64,000 nucleotides of DNA, from NCBI RefSeq assembly GCF_009914755.1, contig NC_060944.1; one strand, 5' to 3'. The position numbers and the translations under genes are program-made. Origin of the DNA: the human T2T-CHM13v2.0 reference genome, Homo sapiens. Positions 12,998 to 27,379 of the stretch are shown here, one piece after another (the first letter of the stretch is position 1; every line of letters begins with the position of its first letter). The notes under the pieces are model-generated. The model was not told the DNA's origin, searched no databases, and worked only from the letters and a program-made list of their open reading frames with translations.

Positions 12998-13650
12998 CAA
13001 GGCCAACTAGAGGGGCCCAGTGCAAAATGGAAATGCAGACCCCAGATCGAGCCAGGAAAGTCAGTGTTTCCTTCCCTCAGGCCCCCACCTTAACTCAGGG
13101 TTGTGGGATGACCCCCAGAGATTGCACGCTCTGGTACCTGATGCAGAGCTTACAATCCTTGGGGGTCATCCCACCACCTGGGTCAGGGATGGGCAAGAGG
13201 CCCCACCTACCATGCCTTGGTGCTGCCACCGCCTTGCCCCATCCTGAGATGCTGAGGGCACGTGTCTAACCCTGACTGTCTCCACACCCATGTCCCGGCC
13301 TCATCAAGAACTGAGAACCATGGCAGAATATGGGCCTTCCCTCACCTATATGACCCAGTTGCCACCCAGGCAAAACCAGGTAATAGGAGCAAGACAGGGA
13401 CAAGGGAGGAAGACAGGTAGGGCCCAGGTCACCAGAGGGCAGGGAGGGGCCAGCTGAGAGCCCTGCTTAGGGAGCAGGGAGAGCAGAACCACACAGGAGC
13501 CCATGCTCCAAGCCCCTAGCTCATGTCCTATGTCCCACTGGACTTCAGTTAACAAAACACAAATTCACAGATAAAATTATTAAGAAGTTCTTCAAGCCAG
13601 CAACCACAGAGCCCCTTCTGAGAGTGAAATCCTGTGCAACTGAACTGCCT
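12998..13650 (-). mobile_element. MER45 family (hAT-Tip100), long form
   Basis: Ends ggggcccagtgcaaaatggaaatgc and aaaattattaagaa...gccccttctgag...cctgtgcaactg match the two halves of MER45, with a GC-rich interior. Confidence 0.78.
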
Positions 13651-13664
13651 TAAGTCCATTTTAA

Positions 13665-14096
<432 letters not shown>

Positions 14097-15218
14097 GGAA
14101 ATACGTTTTTGATGTAACATAAATCCCATCTACTGAGATTACATGAACAAGCTTGAAAATAACCTATTATTTTTTAATAGTCTTCATCAAAGATATTGGA
14201 TTCTTTGTAACCCTTGGTTTGGGGCCTGAGAAAAGGACAGGGCAAGGGTGGAAGGCACAAGTTAACTTGGCAGGACCCATAATTTTCAAATTCCAGATTT
14301 ATGCAAAGTTTAAGAATATCAGCCACGGCTTGCAGTGAGATTGCATATTTGATAAGCCCTCAGATTCCCTCTTTGCCATGGAGGCGGACTGCAGAAGAAG
14401 TCAGGTGTCAGGGAAATAGAAATAGGTGGTCTTAATGTGCTCTCTGGTGTTATATCTGTCTGTAGAGAATATAGCTTACAACAGATTAGCAGACCTGACA
14501 TATACTGAGAACGCAGTAAGAATGATGCTGTTGATGTTTTCAGAAATCCCTGGAGGGAAATTTTCTCCTTTTTTCTTCTCTTTCTTTCTAGAATTTGTTT
14601 GTTTGTTCCCCCTCTGTACTTCGTTGTTCGTTAGCCCACTGCCGTTTATCTCCCTGAAATAGTTTTGTGTATCTAACCATATTAAACCCATTTATTTATT
14701 GTAGTTTATCGCTGTTTAGCGTATAAAATGTTTATTTATCAACCACTCACGTATCTAACATTTACCTGATTGCTACTTGCCGATGCTGTGTGTTGGCATG
14801 TATCTGGCTGGGCTGCACATATATTTGATATTCTTAGATAATAGGAGTAAATAGAACTGTTTAGAAGTTCTAAAGAGAGGTTTCAGAATATCTAAGAGGC
14901 AAAATATTCTGCACCCAGAATGTGCCCTAATACCCAGAAAAATGTGTCCTAGAATTGACTCTGAGTGTGTCTGAACAATAACAAAACTTGGCAGTCCTTA
15001 AGCGTAGGTTAATCCCTTTTAGTATTTGTGCTTTTAATACCTTAGGCATCTCCTCTTATCACAAATTAATAAGTATTAGTGTTTTATATAAGGCTGCTTT
15101 CCCCAGTCATGTCTGAACTCCATAATGGGATCCAGAAGTGTATGGATTATCTGGTTTTCACTCAGCAGTGGCTCTTTGACACCTCTCAATGCATGGTACC
15201 AAAAAAAAAGGTCCATAT

Positions 15219-15400
15219 AGTCAGGGCACGGTGGCACATACCTTATAATCTCAGCTACTCAGGGGGCTTAGGCAAGAGAATCACTTGAGTCTAGGAGTTC
15301 GTGGCTGCAGTGAGCTGTGATCATGCTACCACATTTCAGCCTGGGTAATGGAGCAAGACCCTGTCTCTTATGAAAAAAAAAAAAAGAAAGAAAAAAAAAA
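15219..15400 (+). mobile_element. FRAM/FAM-type Alu monomer
   Basis: Single right-arm-like monomer plus A tail. A TSD-like aaaa(a/t)ggtccata lies on both sides. Confidence 0.88.
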
Positions 15401-15579
15401 TGGTCCATACACATTTCTGGAGTGGATGTTGATTGCTTGGTTCCATTTTGACCAAGACTCTTACTTTTCTAATCTCTTATAAATTTGCGTCTGGGATTAT
15501 TCTAATTTACTTATATGTGTTTCATGGACGAGTATACACAAAGCATCCATGAAGAGACAATCTCAGATGAGTGCTCAGA

Positions 15580-15790
15580 ATCTGGGCTTTGGAACTGTGT
15601 TTATACCTAGTCTTGAGCCTAACTAGCTGCTGAATCTTGGACACATCACAAAATCTCTCTAAACTTCAGACCCTCATCTATAAAGGAAAAATAGTACTAG
15701 TACCCACCTCACGATATGTCATGAAGAAGAAACGAGATGATCAATGCAAACTATTCCGTATACAGTAAGCACTCCATAAATACTAGCTAC
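15580..15790 (+). mobile_element. MIR
   Basis: actagctgctgaatcttggac...cctcatctataaa...gtacccacctca...agtaagcactc. Confidence 0.8.
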
Positions 15791-16082
15791 CACTGCTCTT
15801 TCCAGTGCAGTCTGGTCAAATTACATGTGTTGGGCACCTCTGTCAGCAAGTTAGAAATTTGAGGTGTAAAATGGGCTTCTCAGTGCAAACTTGTTGGTGT
15901 GTTGGTGCTGTGACCTCTTTCCGCCACTCTGGATCTTCCCCAAATGGCTGCTCTTGCTCAGACAGAGGCAGTCTCTAGAGTTTACACACAACCCTAATTT
16001 CCACTGAAATTCTTTAGAGAGGAGGTGGTAAAAGAGAGGGGTGATTATTTGGGCCTTCTGCTTAAATTATTTTATGCCTGGG

Positions 16083-16100
16083 GTGTGTGTGTGTGTGTGT
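16083..16100. repeat. (GT)n microsatellite
   Basis: About 9 GT units. Confidence 0.9.
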
Positions 16101-16359
16101 TTGCCTCCAGCAAACTCTGAAGCAGGAACAATGCATATGTGCACTAAATAAGAGTTACCGATGTTTTAAATTGTGCCCACCAATTCTGAGGGTGGACCTG
16201 AGAGGCAGGAAAAAACTTGGGTTGGGTATCACGCATTCTTCCTTGCATGTGGGAGTGTTAATTCTCAGTGGCTGGTGTCCACTGAGATGGATGAAGTGTC
16301 CTTGCAGGGGCCAAGTCTTACGCATTTGGGTGGCCCCCTTACCTTGTCAGGCTTCCTCA

Positions 16360-17100
16360 TTTGTTCATTCCACAAATGCTCATCAAGGCCCTACTCCATG
16401 TCAGGCACTGTGCTGTGTGTGGGGGTACAAAGTTTTTCCCCTTGTGGATCATACCTCTAGAATAGAGGGAAGCCATAAATATGTGATTGAATTTTAAGTA
16501 CTATTTGGTAGCAATATGGTTTGGCTGTGTCCCCATCCAAATCTCATCTTGAATTGTAGCTCCAATAATTCCCACAAGTCATGGGAGGGACTTGGTGGCA
16601 GGTAATTAAATCATGGGAACAGGTCTTTCCTATGCTGTTCTCATGGTAGTGAATAAGTCTCATGGGATCTGATGGTTCTATAAAGGGCAGTTCCCCTGCA
16701 CACATTCTCTCTTGCCTGCTGCCATGTAAGACATGCCTTTGCTTCTCCTTTGCCTTCCACCATGATTGTGAGGCCTTCCCAGCCATGTGGAACTGTGAGT
16801 CCGTTAACCCTCTTTCCTTTATAAATTACCCAGTCTCAAGTATGTCTTTATTAGCAGCATGAGAACAGACTAATACAGGTGGCATGACAAAAATAAGTAA
16901 ATAAATGACACAGAGCAAAGGAATTGAGAATGGTAGTGAGGTGCAGAGGTGGGGAGGGAACAGGTGTTTTAATTAGGCCAACAGGGAGGTGGTATTTGGG
17001 CAAAACAAGGTGAGAGAATGAGTCTGGTGAGAGGAGAGGAAGCACATTCCAGGCAGGTGAGCAGTTGCAAAGGCCACTGGTGGGGAGATGAACTTCAAGT
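16360..17100 (-). mobile_element. L2 relic, interrupted by THE1
   Basis: cattccacaaatgct...cctactccatgtcaggcactgtgct, continuing after the LTR as cattccaggcagg...gcaaaggcc. Confidence 0.7.
16512..16877 (+). mobile_element. THE1 (C/B-like) solo LTR
   Basis: atatggtttggctgtgtcccc...gagaacagactaataca. Near-TSD ggtag/ggtgg. Confidence 0.95.
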
Positions 17101-18099
17101 GGAAGAAGGGGAGGCACATAAGCAGGATTTGGGGGATTAAAATTAGAAATTATGGTTTCATATTGAATGAAAGAACAACAAAGGAATGAGTGGATTGATG
17201 GATGTGGGTGTGGATAAGTGATTCAATCCAGCAGTGGGGAAACCAATGGGCTGCTGTGGTTACAGTCAAGGAAACCAAGCTATCGTGAGACAGGTGATGC
17301 AGTGAGAAAAGTCTTGTGTTGCATTACTTCTCTTCCTTATATCAGTTAGCTCTGTAATCTTTCTGAGCTTCAGTTTTCTCATCTGCAAAATGGAGATAAT
17401 CTTTAATGGTTCTTATCAGAATTAGAGATTCTGTATGCATCAATAAGCTACTGCTATTAATTGATTGCATTACATTATATCATACTATTTTAAATATTTT
17501 TCAAAATGATGAAAAAGGAATGCACATTTAAGGAGGGAGGGGAGATGCCCTAGTGTTTGACTGTGTAGCTCATTTTGTCTTTATTGCATAGGCAAATCAT
17601 TATTCGGTAACCTGGAGGTTCCTTTTGCAATGCAAATCTCTGTAAGAGAAGAATGTGATGGCTTCCCACAGGCCACCTCTCTGGGTGCCCCAATGTCTTC
17701 CTTACTCTCCTGACTACAACCTCGCTCATTCTCTCTCAGCTCCTTAAGTGCTACAGGCTTCTGCTCCTGCCCTCCACCCCACGGCTGGTACACAAGCCAT
17801 TTGTCCAACTGGTCTCAAGACATTTTGCACAATTTTAGGGCAAACTGACCACCTAGAAATGCAGTGTGAATAGTGTCCCCTGCAGCTGCAGAACTCTGAG
17901 ATCCTGCAAGCCTTTTTGCATGGCATGAACGTCACCTACCTCCTGATTTCTCCAGTGGTCTTCTACTCATACTTGAGACCCTATGTCCTCAGGGAACCTC
18001 CTCTGGCCTCCCAAATGTTTGTTTAGTATATTGTTTTGAATGGCATTTTTTAATTCTGCCAACGAGAAGGTCAATGATACAGCTGTATGTATTTGCTAG

Positions 18100-18504
18100 T
18101 GTCTTAGTCAGTCTGGGCTACTATAGCAAGAACCACGGGCTATGTGGCTTGCTCAACCAACACTTGAGCAAGTTTAAATATTCCAGAGGCTGGAAGTCTG
18201 AAATCAGAGTGTCAGCATTATTGGGTTCTGGTGAGGGCCCTCCTCCTGATTTCTTCATGGGGGAGAGTGAGAGTAGGGTGGAGGATGGTGTAGAGAAAAA
18301 GGAAAAGGGAGAGAAAGAGAGAGAGAGAATGCTTCAGTGCACGTTCTCTCATGCCTCTTCTTATAAGGACATGAATCTCCTCATGAGGGCTCCACCTTCA
18401 TGACCTAAGTACTTCCCAAAGCCCCTATCTCTTAATACCAACCCATTGGGAGTTAGAACTACAGCATATGAATTTTAAGGGGAACAAGCATGCAGTTCTT
18501 AACA
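18100..18504 (-). mobile_element. MLT1A-like solo LTR
   Basis: tgtcttagtc...gaggctggaagtctgaaatcag...ttctggtgagggcc...cttaaca. Near-TSD gctag/cctag. Confidence 0.85.
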
Positions 18505-18619
18505 CCTAGTAAGCTCCATATAGAGGTTCCTGGCCAATATCATCACTGTCTGCAAGAGATAACATATGGCATATCTTCCTTACCAAGAACAATTTGGAGT
18601 TAGCTAAACTAATTTAAGT

Positions 18620-18965
18620 CATTCATCCACTTAATGTATAGTTATAAAGCACACACAAGGTATCAGGCTCTGTTCTAGGCACTAAGAATTTGGAAATGAA
18701 CAAGAGACAAAAGTACCTGCCCTTCAGGAGCCTCCTTCCTGGTGAAGGGAGACAGACAATAGTTGTGTATGTAAGACAATCAGCTAGTGCTAAGTGCCAT
18801 TGTGCACATAAGACAGGGTTATGCATTCAGGAATAACACTGGGAGAAGGAAGCAGTTCTAGATTGAGCTGAGAACCAGGTGAAAAATAGGAGCCAGTTGT
18901 GCAAATATTTAGAACAAGAGTGTATCAAGGAGAGCCAGCTTCAAGTTCAGAAGTCCTGAGGCTTA
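18620..18965 (-). mobile_element. L2 3' relic
   Basis: cattcatcca...caggctctgttctaggcact...cctgcccttcaggagct. Confidence 0.75.
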
Positions 18966-19607
18966 GTTAATGGCATTGATCAGTCATTTGGCAGTATAAA
19001 CTGATACACCGTATTTTAAAGCCGTAATCATGGCAAAAAGCAAGTGCATTCAAGGCACCACTTGGGTTCTAAGTAGCTCTCTGTTCCCATCTTTTGGCCA
19101 AGCAGTGGACAAATTCAGTATGTTTCTCACTGCTTAATCCAATGTCTTCCCTCAATCTACCTGTCTCTCCATTACTAAATGACTGAAATGGCACCTGGAT
19201 GTAAAGGATGAGAAGTGTGTATTTTCATAAAGACTTGTCACAGTTGCATTACAGTTGGGCCACATGGAGAAGTGACAGAATTATTATCCTTCTTATCACT
19301 CAGGAGAATTGTGGAATTGTACAGTGATGGAATTTGCTCTTGATCACCACTGTTTGATCGGCATGCTTAGAGAATTTACCAGTGCATTCATGGGTTAAAA
19401 GGGATATCCAGATAAAGGAGCCAGATGCCTCTGCTGGCTTACGCTATATGGGTAAATGGTTCTTACGAAGCAGTGTATGATAGTTTTGAGGGTTAGTGAG
19501 GGAAGATTTAGGATAAATTTTGTAAGAAACAAATAGATTTTAATTTTAGGGGAGCGGGGTGGGAAGAAGAGTTAAAATATGACCCAAAAAAGAAGAAGAA
19601 AATCCTA

Positions 19608-20051
19608 GTGTCTTATGTGAGGTCCACTGAAAGCAGAGCCTGAGGCAGGGATTTAGGTGCTGGTGATTTATAGAGGGAGAGGTCTCAGAAAAAAAAATAA
19701 AACAAAAACTTACGAGAGAGTGAGGAAAGCAGGACAGGGCAGGAGAAAGATGAGTGGAGGGAGGGTGTGATCTCAGGGAAAATCTGATCTTGGTCTGAAG
19801 CACAGGCAGAGGGCTCTGGAACATAAACTCCAGTGGAGCTGTCCTCATTTGAGGTAAGGGGGTTGGATTTGTGTATCCCAATGTCAGCCAGTCATCAGTT
19901 ATGGGTGTCAGGGAGGTTCCTTAACCTCCCAGGTGGGTGACTGCTAGCAGCCTCTGGGGACAATTTTCTGGAGGGGGGAAGCTGTAAGCAGCCAGCAGCC
20001 ACCACTCACAATAGCCATAGAATGGCCACACCAGAAAGGCATCTTGGTGGG
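19608..20051 (-). mobile_element. Old ERVL LTR (LTR16/LTR33-like)
   Basis: aagcagagcctgaggcagggatttaggtgc...tttatagagggag, typical of the antisense U5/R end. Confidence 0.6.
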
Positions 20052-20445
20052 TGTACTAGTCCATTCTCACATTGCTTTAAAGCGATACCTGAGACTGGGT
20101 GATTTATAAAGAAAAGAGCCTGTTCCACAGGCTGTACAGGAAGCATGATGCTGGCATCGGCTCAAGAAGCTCACAATCATGGCAGAAGATGAAGGGGGAG
20201 AACACATCCCATGGCTGAAGTGGGAGCGAGAGGGAGAGAGAGAGAGGTCAGGTGCTGCACACTTTTAAATAACCAGATGTTGCAAGAACTCACTATCATT
20301 AGAACAGCTCCAAGGGGATGGAGCTAAACGATTCATGAGACACTCACCCCCATGATCCAACCACCTCCCACCAGGCCTCACCTCCAACACTGGGGATTAC
20401 AATTAGACCTGCAATTTCCTAGGGACACAGATCCAAACCCTTTCA
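20052..20445 (-). mobile_element. MSTB-like solo LTR
   Basis: tgtactagtccattctcacattgct...ggctgtacaggaagcatg...cacagatccaaaccctttca. Near-TSD gtggg/gtgag. Confidence 0.9.
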
Positions 20446-20776
20446 GTGAGGTATTCATCGAGTCTCCTGCACATAGATTCTCCCTCTGCCAAAAAAGATC
20501 TATTTTTCCACAAAAGAAAGTGCATACATTCATTTAATTGTTAACTTATTTATTCAGTAAGATCTTACTGAGCATTTGCTATGTTCTAGATATCGGTGTC
20601 ACATCAATGAGTAAACTGGATTTGTTGCCAGTTGTCATCAAACTTAAGCAAATAGGGACGAGACACAACTAAATGAGACATTGTAAGACACGATGATAAG
20701 TGCTACAGCAAGAGAGGTCAAGTTCATGGAAGCTCAGAGCCCTCAGTGCAGTCAAGGGGAGAGAGTCCAGCGCTAT

Positions 20777-21076
20777 GCTGCCCAGCATGGTAACGATGAA
20801 CACATATGACTGTTGAATGCTGGAAATGTCACTAATCCCAATGGAGCTATGTTTTATGAAATACACATAGACTATCAAGATGTAATATGCAAAAAAAGAA
20901 TGTGAAAGCTTCCACTGACAATGTTTATATCAATTATATGTTAAAATGGCAACATTTTGAATATATTGAGTTAAATAAACTGCATTTTTAAAATTAATTT
21001 TGCTTGTTTAATGTGGCTGCTAGAAAATGTTAAATCACATATGGGGTTCACTTTATATTTCCATTGAATGGCATAG
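20777..21076. mobile_element. MER33-like hAT MITE
   Basis: cacatatgactgttga...tgaaatacaca...atattgagttaaataaa...aatgtggctgctagaaaatgttaaatcacatat. Confidence 0.75.
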
Positions 21077-22744
21077 CTCTTGGGGCTTCGTAAAGCTTTA
21101 TTTCTTCCCTTCTGCATCACAGAAAACCTCACAGAACAGTCTTCTAGCTAACGTGTATTTCCACTGAATAACTTCTCATAATAAGGAAGATGTAGCCAAG
21201 AGTCTCTAAATCTAATATTCAGCATTTCTAACTGTTTGAGGTGCCTATGTTTTGTTTTGTTTTTAATAAGGCCCTCTAATTATGGATTCCTCTTTATATT
21301 TTCCTCTGGTATTCAAAGGATCACAAACATACAATTTCCCTCCCACATCCCATCTAGATAATTGGAGTTTGATTCAACACTGTTTCCATCCACCACGGAT
21401 ACAATTCTCATTTCATGATTCCTTTCTTTCCCTTCTCCACATGGAATGAGCATGAATATGAATCCGTGGATTCCAAAGTGAAAAGGCAAAGAAATATAAA
21501 TGGTTTGAAGTGCGTCTCTTTTCAAGCAATTTTTTCACCTAACCTAGTAAGATGTCACTCCGCAGAGATCTCACAGCACAGCCACACTACAAAGTATGAT
21601 AATCGTTCAAAACATAATTGAAAGATTTCAAAAGTTGAACTGGAAGCATTTTTGTCAGAGTTTATTGCAACTATTTTGTATCTTTAAAAAAAAAGTTTAT
21701 GAAAGTTCTGTGACAAGAAGATAAATTATGGAACCGTAAGAATGGGGAAATAAATGCATTCTGGAGACTGACAAACAGGGCAAATGACGAGAACATATAA
21801 TTTTAGAACACAAAAAAAGGTAACTAAATTTGAAAAATTGCATTAGTGTATCATTTTCTGTGTATGAGCCATTAGAGGGAAAAAGTGGAAATTACACCCT
21901 GTAACAAAGTAAAAATGTTTTCAGTGTTTAAAGGTAATTTTGTAATACTGCTACTATTACTTAAACTCTTACCTCTTATAAAAAAATCCAAAGACAGGAC
22001 CCCTGGTGATATTACCTGTGTCTTAGGCAAAGAGCAACAATTTGAATTCCATTCAAACACATTTGTATTTTGCCAAGTGCTATCAAGCCCTGAGTTGCAT
22101 AATTTGCCGTATAAGTGAAATAGATACTTTTCCTCTGCACATTTATCACTCTCCTGTGGGCTTCATTACTGACAATCAAATCATAGAAGATGTACAAAAT
22201 TGTCATGATGCACTTATTTTCTCATGATATTCGATACAAATAGTTCTTCTTTACAAATGGCCTCTTTTTTTTTTCTCTTTGCCACAACATTTTTGCTGTC
22301 TTTCAGACTCTTAGGAAAGTTCCAGTGATAGACTTTTTTTCCCAGCAAAGATGTAGGCCTCCTTGGAAAACAAATATTTCTATTTGGGGAAAAATTAAAA
22401 ATGCTTCAGACAGACAAAATCAGTATTGTTTACAGGTAGTTCTTTTACTGTTGCTCCATATGTGTGTCTGTGTGTGTATGTATAACATGTGAAAGTATTT
22501 ATGAAAACAATAGCTTCTGCCTCAAATTGTCTTCCTTTAGAACTCATACATGTCTCATTACTAAATCATCTTAAGGATTAAATTTAGGGTTACAATATCT
22601 AATACCCCAAATCTAGTATTAAAAAAAAGTAAATGAGGCAGTGGGCAAGATATATATAGCCTTCATTGTCTAGCTATTATTTTTCTACTTTTCAGAGGAT
22701 TATGTTTCAGTCCACTCTGAACAATGATGGCAGGCAGTTGACAC

Positions 22745-23045
22745 TGCACCTGTAATTGGAAAGACTGCAGGGAGCAGTGGGGACTGTGATAAACTGAAGA
22801 CTCATAGCCTCTGGAGGGAGGAACTGCTCTCAACTCCTGTTTTGAGTTACTATGTGGGATGCTACATTCCCCCCTTTATTTGTCTTCAAGAGAAGCCAAA
22901 AATCTGGATGTCTTTCATTGAGAGACAGTTATTTTCTGATTTTTAAAAGTTGATAATGTTTTTAAAAGTGTATAAACACCAAACAAGCCAAAGAAAACAC
23001 ATTTTCCAGCGAGATACAGCCTGAAGACTGCCAGGGTGTGGCTTT
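22745..23045. mobile_element. Charlie8/MER102-like relic
   Basis: cttcaagagaagccaaaaatctggat motif. A related motif lies antisense near 11320 and again near 53830. Confidence 0.5.
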
Positions 23046-23278
23046 TGTGGAAGAGACTCTTCTCTAAGTTTCTCGGGGAAGTCGAGGTCATTAAACAAGA
23101 GTAGTGGAGTAAGTCCTGAGTTTTATTGTCCCTCCTCTCTCCCTCCCAGCAAGTGATCTATTGGAAATGAGATCGTCTATTGATAGATGTTGCTTAAAAT
23201 GTCATCTACATTAGCTGCAAATATTCCACTTTTCTTACCAATATTGATAGTATTTGAATGTTAAAAATAGTGATTTCT

Positions 23279-23585
23279 GGCTGGGCGTGGTGGCTTATGC
23301 CTGTAATTCCAGCACTTTGGGAGGCCGAAGTGGGTAGATGGGTTGAGCTCAGTAGTTTGAGACCAGGCTGGGCAACATGGAGAAACTCTGTCTCTACCAA
23401 AAACACAAAAAATTAGCCAGGTGTGATGGCATGCACCTGTGGTCCCAGCCACTTAGGAGGCTAAGGTGGGAGGGTCGATTGAGCCCAGCAGGTGCAGGAT
23501 GTGGTGAGCCAAGATCACGCCACTTCACTCCAGCCTGGGTGACAGAGTGAGACCCCATCTACAAAAAAAAAAAAAAAGAAAGAAA
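23279..23585 (+). mobile_element. AluJb
   Basis: Full dimer with an A tail and ttgagccca in the right arm. Confidence 0.93.
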
Positions 23586-24475
23586 ACAACAGCAACAATG
23601 ATTTCCTCTATCATCAACAACCATCATGACATTATTGTCATCAACATCATCAGCAGTAGCATCTAGTTGAGTATGTTTTAGGACAAAAAAACGAAAGATC
23701 TACAAATAAGACCACTTTTATTTTCTAGACTTCAAGTTAATTTCTATTTCTATCAGGGCAAACAGAAGGCTTCAATTTTAATCTTTTACGGGGTCCTCTT
23801 TCCCTAAGGTTGAGCCAGGGATCTAGAAAGTACTCCAGCCCAAGGTGTTTGGAGGGAAGAGGGGGCAGCTCTCTGGAAGGATGTACAGCCTGTTGGGTTA
23901 CGGGGAGACGTTCATCACACCAGTCAGGATGCTCTCTCTGGCATCTGGGCCATGCTTGGAGGATGGATATTTTTCGGCAAGGCTGCCTCTGGTATCACGG
24001 CTACCTAGACACACCAAAGATATTGAATCCCTGGGATGTTGGCTTCCATTCACTGTGCAGTTTCTCCTCCTCCCAGCCAAAGTGGACTCTCTTTTTCATC
24101 TAGAATTGGTGGGGGACAGGGCATGAGGAAGGCCCACTCTCAACCCCCACTTCTGATTAAATACATTTTCTTTTATTTCTGTTCCAAATTCTCTAAGCTT
24201 CCCTAGAGATTTAAACTTTTGGAAATAAAAACTGGGGGAGGTACTGGGTATTTCCGCTTTCTACTCTTCCACTTCCCTTCCCTGACATAAGAAGCACCAC
24301 CCATAACTACATGAATGGGTTGGAGACAAAACACGGATTAAATCACAGAAGTATCTCCTCACTGTCACCAATCCGGCTTCTCCAGCCACCTCTCCATCAG
24401 CTCTGTGCTGGATCTCAGTAGGTATTGTCTCATCTATTTTTCAAAGCAACTTCTATGAAGTAAATATTCTCATCC

Positions 24476-25015
24476 GTGTCAGTTATCTATTGACAGGACA
24501 GTGCTCCATAACCAAAACCTCCAAATCTCAGTGCCATAAACTTTAACATTTTTTTAGCTCACCAGTCTGTGGAGTACAGATGACCTGGGCTAGAGCTGGG
24601 CTGATCTCAGTTGGTCCTCTTCAATAAACGTATGATCAGCTTCCATGAGGGATTACAGCCTCTGCTTGTCTGGACTGGACTCACTGACATGTTTAGGGGA
24701 TTGACTATCGGTTGGCTGATCTAGGACAGCCTCAACTATGATGGCTAGGACAACTTGGTCCCATATCACACCTGTGTAATTGTGGAGCAGGCTAACCTAG
24801 GCATTTTCTTCTTACATCAATGGCTGAGGGTAAAAGCCTGAACAAGTCCATTCAGGTAAGCATTTTTCAAGTTTTTGTTTGCATCACACTTGCTAACATC
24901 CCAGTAGACAACATGGCACAGTCAAGCCTACAGTCAGAGTAGGAAGATACAAGTAAGTTAGCCGGCAAAGGGCATAGCTAGAGAACTGAAGTACTGGGGC
25001 CCATAAAACAAGCAC
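24476..25015 (-). mobile_element. MLT1 (G/H-like) LTR inside a MIR
   Basis: tgtcagttatctattg...ccaaatctcagtg...agcaggctaacctagg...ttgctaacatccca. Confidence 0.72.
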
Positions 25016-26128
25016 TACCCCATTTCCCGAATTATGGAACTGAAGCTGGAAGAATGAAACAATTTGTGTAGGGCCAGAGCCTGAAAGTAAGGTGGCTGGG
25101 CTTTGAACCCATACATGCCTGGTTCCAAAACTGGACTCCTAAGTGCATGACTCTACTGCCTTAATTTTTAAAAGGTGCTTATAAAAACAATTCTCCGTGT
25201 TAATGCAGCATCTTCCAGGCCAAATGGAGCGTTGGGTAATTGCCTGCTTAATATGGTTGATAGAGAAAGCAAACTTCAAGCCAAAACACCCGAATTTCCC
25301 CTAAACATATGTAATCATCTTAATTTTCTCTTTTCCTCTGTTGACATAGCTTAGGGAAGACAACTCCCTTTTAGCGTCAGCCAGTGTTTCCCTGGGAAGC
25401 AGCATGCAGGGAAATAGGGTTGGCATTCTTTCCTCCTAAAAAATGCATTTTATGTAATCCTGCTATCTTTCCTGGGCCGGCCCTTCACTACCCACTGGGG
25501 ATCTCTCTTGCTTAACTGTACTCTTTTCCAATGGGTTTGAACCCCCCTGCATGTCTGCAATCAGGCTTCTGTTGGGCAATTTGGGACCCAGATTTAGTCC
25601 CAATCACTTGAATCCATTTGGAGGCTGAATTTCATTCCTAATGAACAAACTGCTCAAGCAGTGCTGATGCATCTGGAAGGACTAGGTCACTGATCAGTGA
25701 CTGGTTTGTTCCAGAGGGCAGTGTTGTCCTAATCTGAGAGACAGATCACATTTTTGAAGAGCTAAATGCAAACCTAGCATCAGGAGGAGCTCTCTCCATG
25801 CATCATCGACATGACCAGGAATTGCCAACTTGGCTTTACGGATGATTAGACTTTTTAGAATATGGCATGAAGCCCTAGTTATAGACTCAAGTTATAACAA
25901 TAGTCATCATATAGCAATAAAGATTTTCTGAACCTTTGTCAGGTAGCAGAACCTATACTAAACTCTTTCTTTGCATTTTATCTTCACAACCATCCTAAGA
26001 TGTTGATGATGCTACATGCCCATTTTCCACCTGAAGACATGGAGATTTAGGTGACTTCTTTCCCAGGGCCACACTGTCAGCCAGAAAGTGACAGACACAG
26101 CCAGGGAGTGGGCATAACACGTGATTGT

Positions 26129-26320
26129 TAGGAGGTTAGCAAACTTTTTCTGTAAAGGGCCAAATAGTAAATATTTTAGGCTTTGCAGACCATGCAACAA
26201 CCACTCAACTCTGCTGCTGTTGAGAGGAAGTAGCCATAGATAATTTGTAAGCAAATGGGTGTGGCTCTGTGCCAATAAAACTTTATTTACAAAAGCAGGC
26301 AGTGACCTGGATTTGGCATC
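26129..26320. mobile_element. MER58A
   Basis: gcaaactttttctgtaaagggccaaatagtaaatattttaggctttgc...ccaataaaactttatttacaaaa. Confidence 0.92.
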
Positions 26321-26589
26321 ACTTTCAAGCTATATTGCTTTGGCCAATTTACTCAACCTCTTTTGGAATGCGATTTTGTCATCTCGAAAATGAGGATGAT
26401 AATAATCATAATGCTTAATTTATAGGGTGATTTTGAGGATTAAATGAATGTTGCATAGAAAGTTCTTGTTTATATTATTACTAATGGTTTATATTATTGC
26501 TAATTATTAATAATTACAAAGAGATATTGTGAAAGGCCGTAGAGGAGAGAAGTCAACAGCAAGTCCTCCCTGGGCATAAGTCTCATCTC

Positions 26590-26790
26590 TCCTGGTTACC
26601 CGCTGAGTGGCCTTGGGCATGTTACTTACTCTCTCTGAGCCTCAGTTTCCTTTTCTTGTAAAGAATAGTAAAAGGATGAGTCTCACAGAATGATTACAAA
26701 GGTGAAGTACATTTAATGCCTGTGAAGCTTTTAGAACATTGCCTGGCACATGGCAAGCACTTTCTGGTTGCTCGCTGTATTACTATTATT
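26590..26790 (+). mobile_element. MIR
   Basis: gccttgggcatgttactt...ctctgagcctcagtttcc...gcctggcacat. Confidence 0.85.
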
Positions 26791-26859
26791 GAATAATCAT
26801 GAATTGAGCCCAAATGGCCTGGCTTCCTATCTCAGGCTCTTTCCCACCCTACGTTCCTG

Positions 26860-27379
26860 CAGGGGTTCTTAAGTATTTTATACTATCAGGCAACCCCCCG
26901 GTGATCTGCTGACACCTGTGGACCCCTTTTCAGAATACTGTTTTTGAATGAATAAAATATATAAAAGATTACCCAAACACCTAATTATACAGGAATGCAG
27001 TTACCAAAATATTTAAAAAAAAAAAATTGTGATGCAGTTGTAGATGAGCTTCTTTATTAACACATTAGATAACCAAATCTATCAGTGGGCTTAATAATTA
27101 CAACAATTTTGAAATAGAAATAAGCCTCAGTGATATTTCAATATCTCTGCAACAACTGTAATGTGATATGCAGATATTTATGATTTGTATTGGTGCTAAA
27201 GTCACAAGTCCCATGACTTAGTGGCTACATTGATAATAGCAGAAATGCTAAATTTCACTTAAAAGTTGGTAAAAATAAAACTCTGGGTTTTTGTTTGTTG
27301 TGTTTTAAATGCACATTTATGAAATTCCCAGATTCATGGGACTCTTGATGTCCATAGGCCCCCAGGCCAGGAACCTCTG
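26860..27379. mobile_element. MER119-like hAT-Charlie element
   Basis: Terminal inverted repeats caggggttctt ... ggaacctctg, with internal tggaccccttttcagaata. Confidence 0.75.

Noticed and set aside
13040-13540. GC-rich stretch resembling an exon or CpG island
   Set aside because: It lies between MER45 ends and is CpG-poor, so it is best explained as transposon interior.
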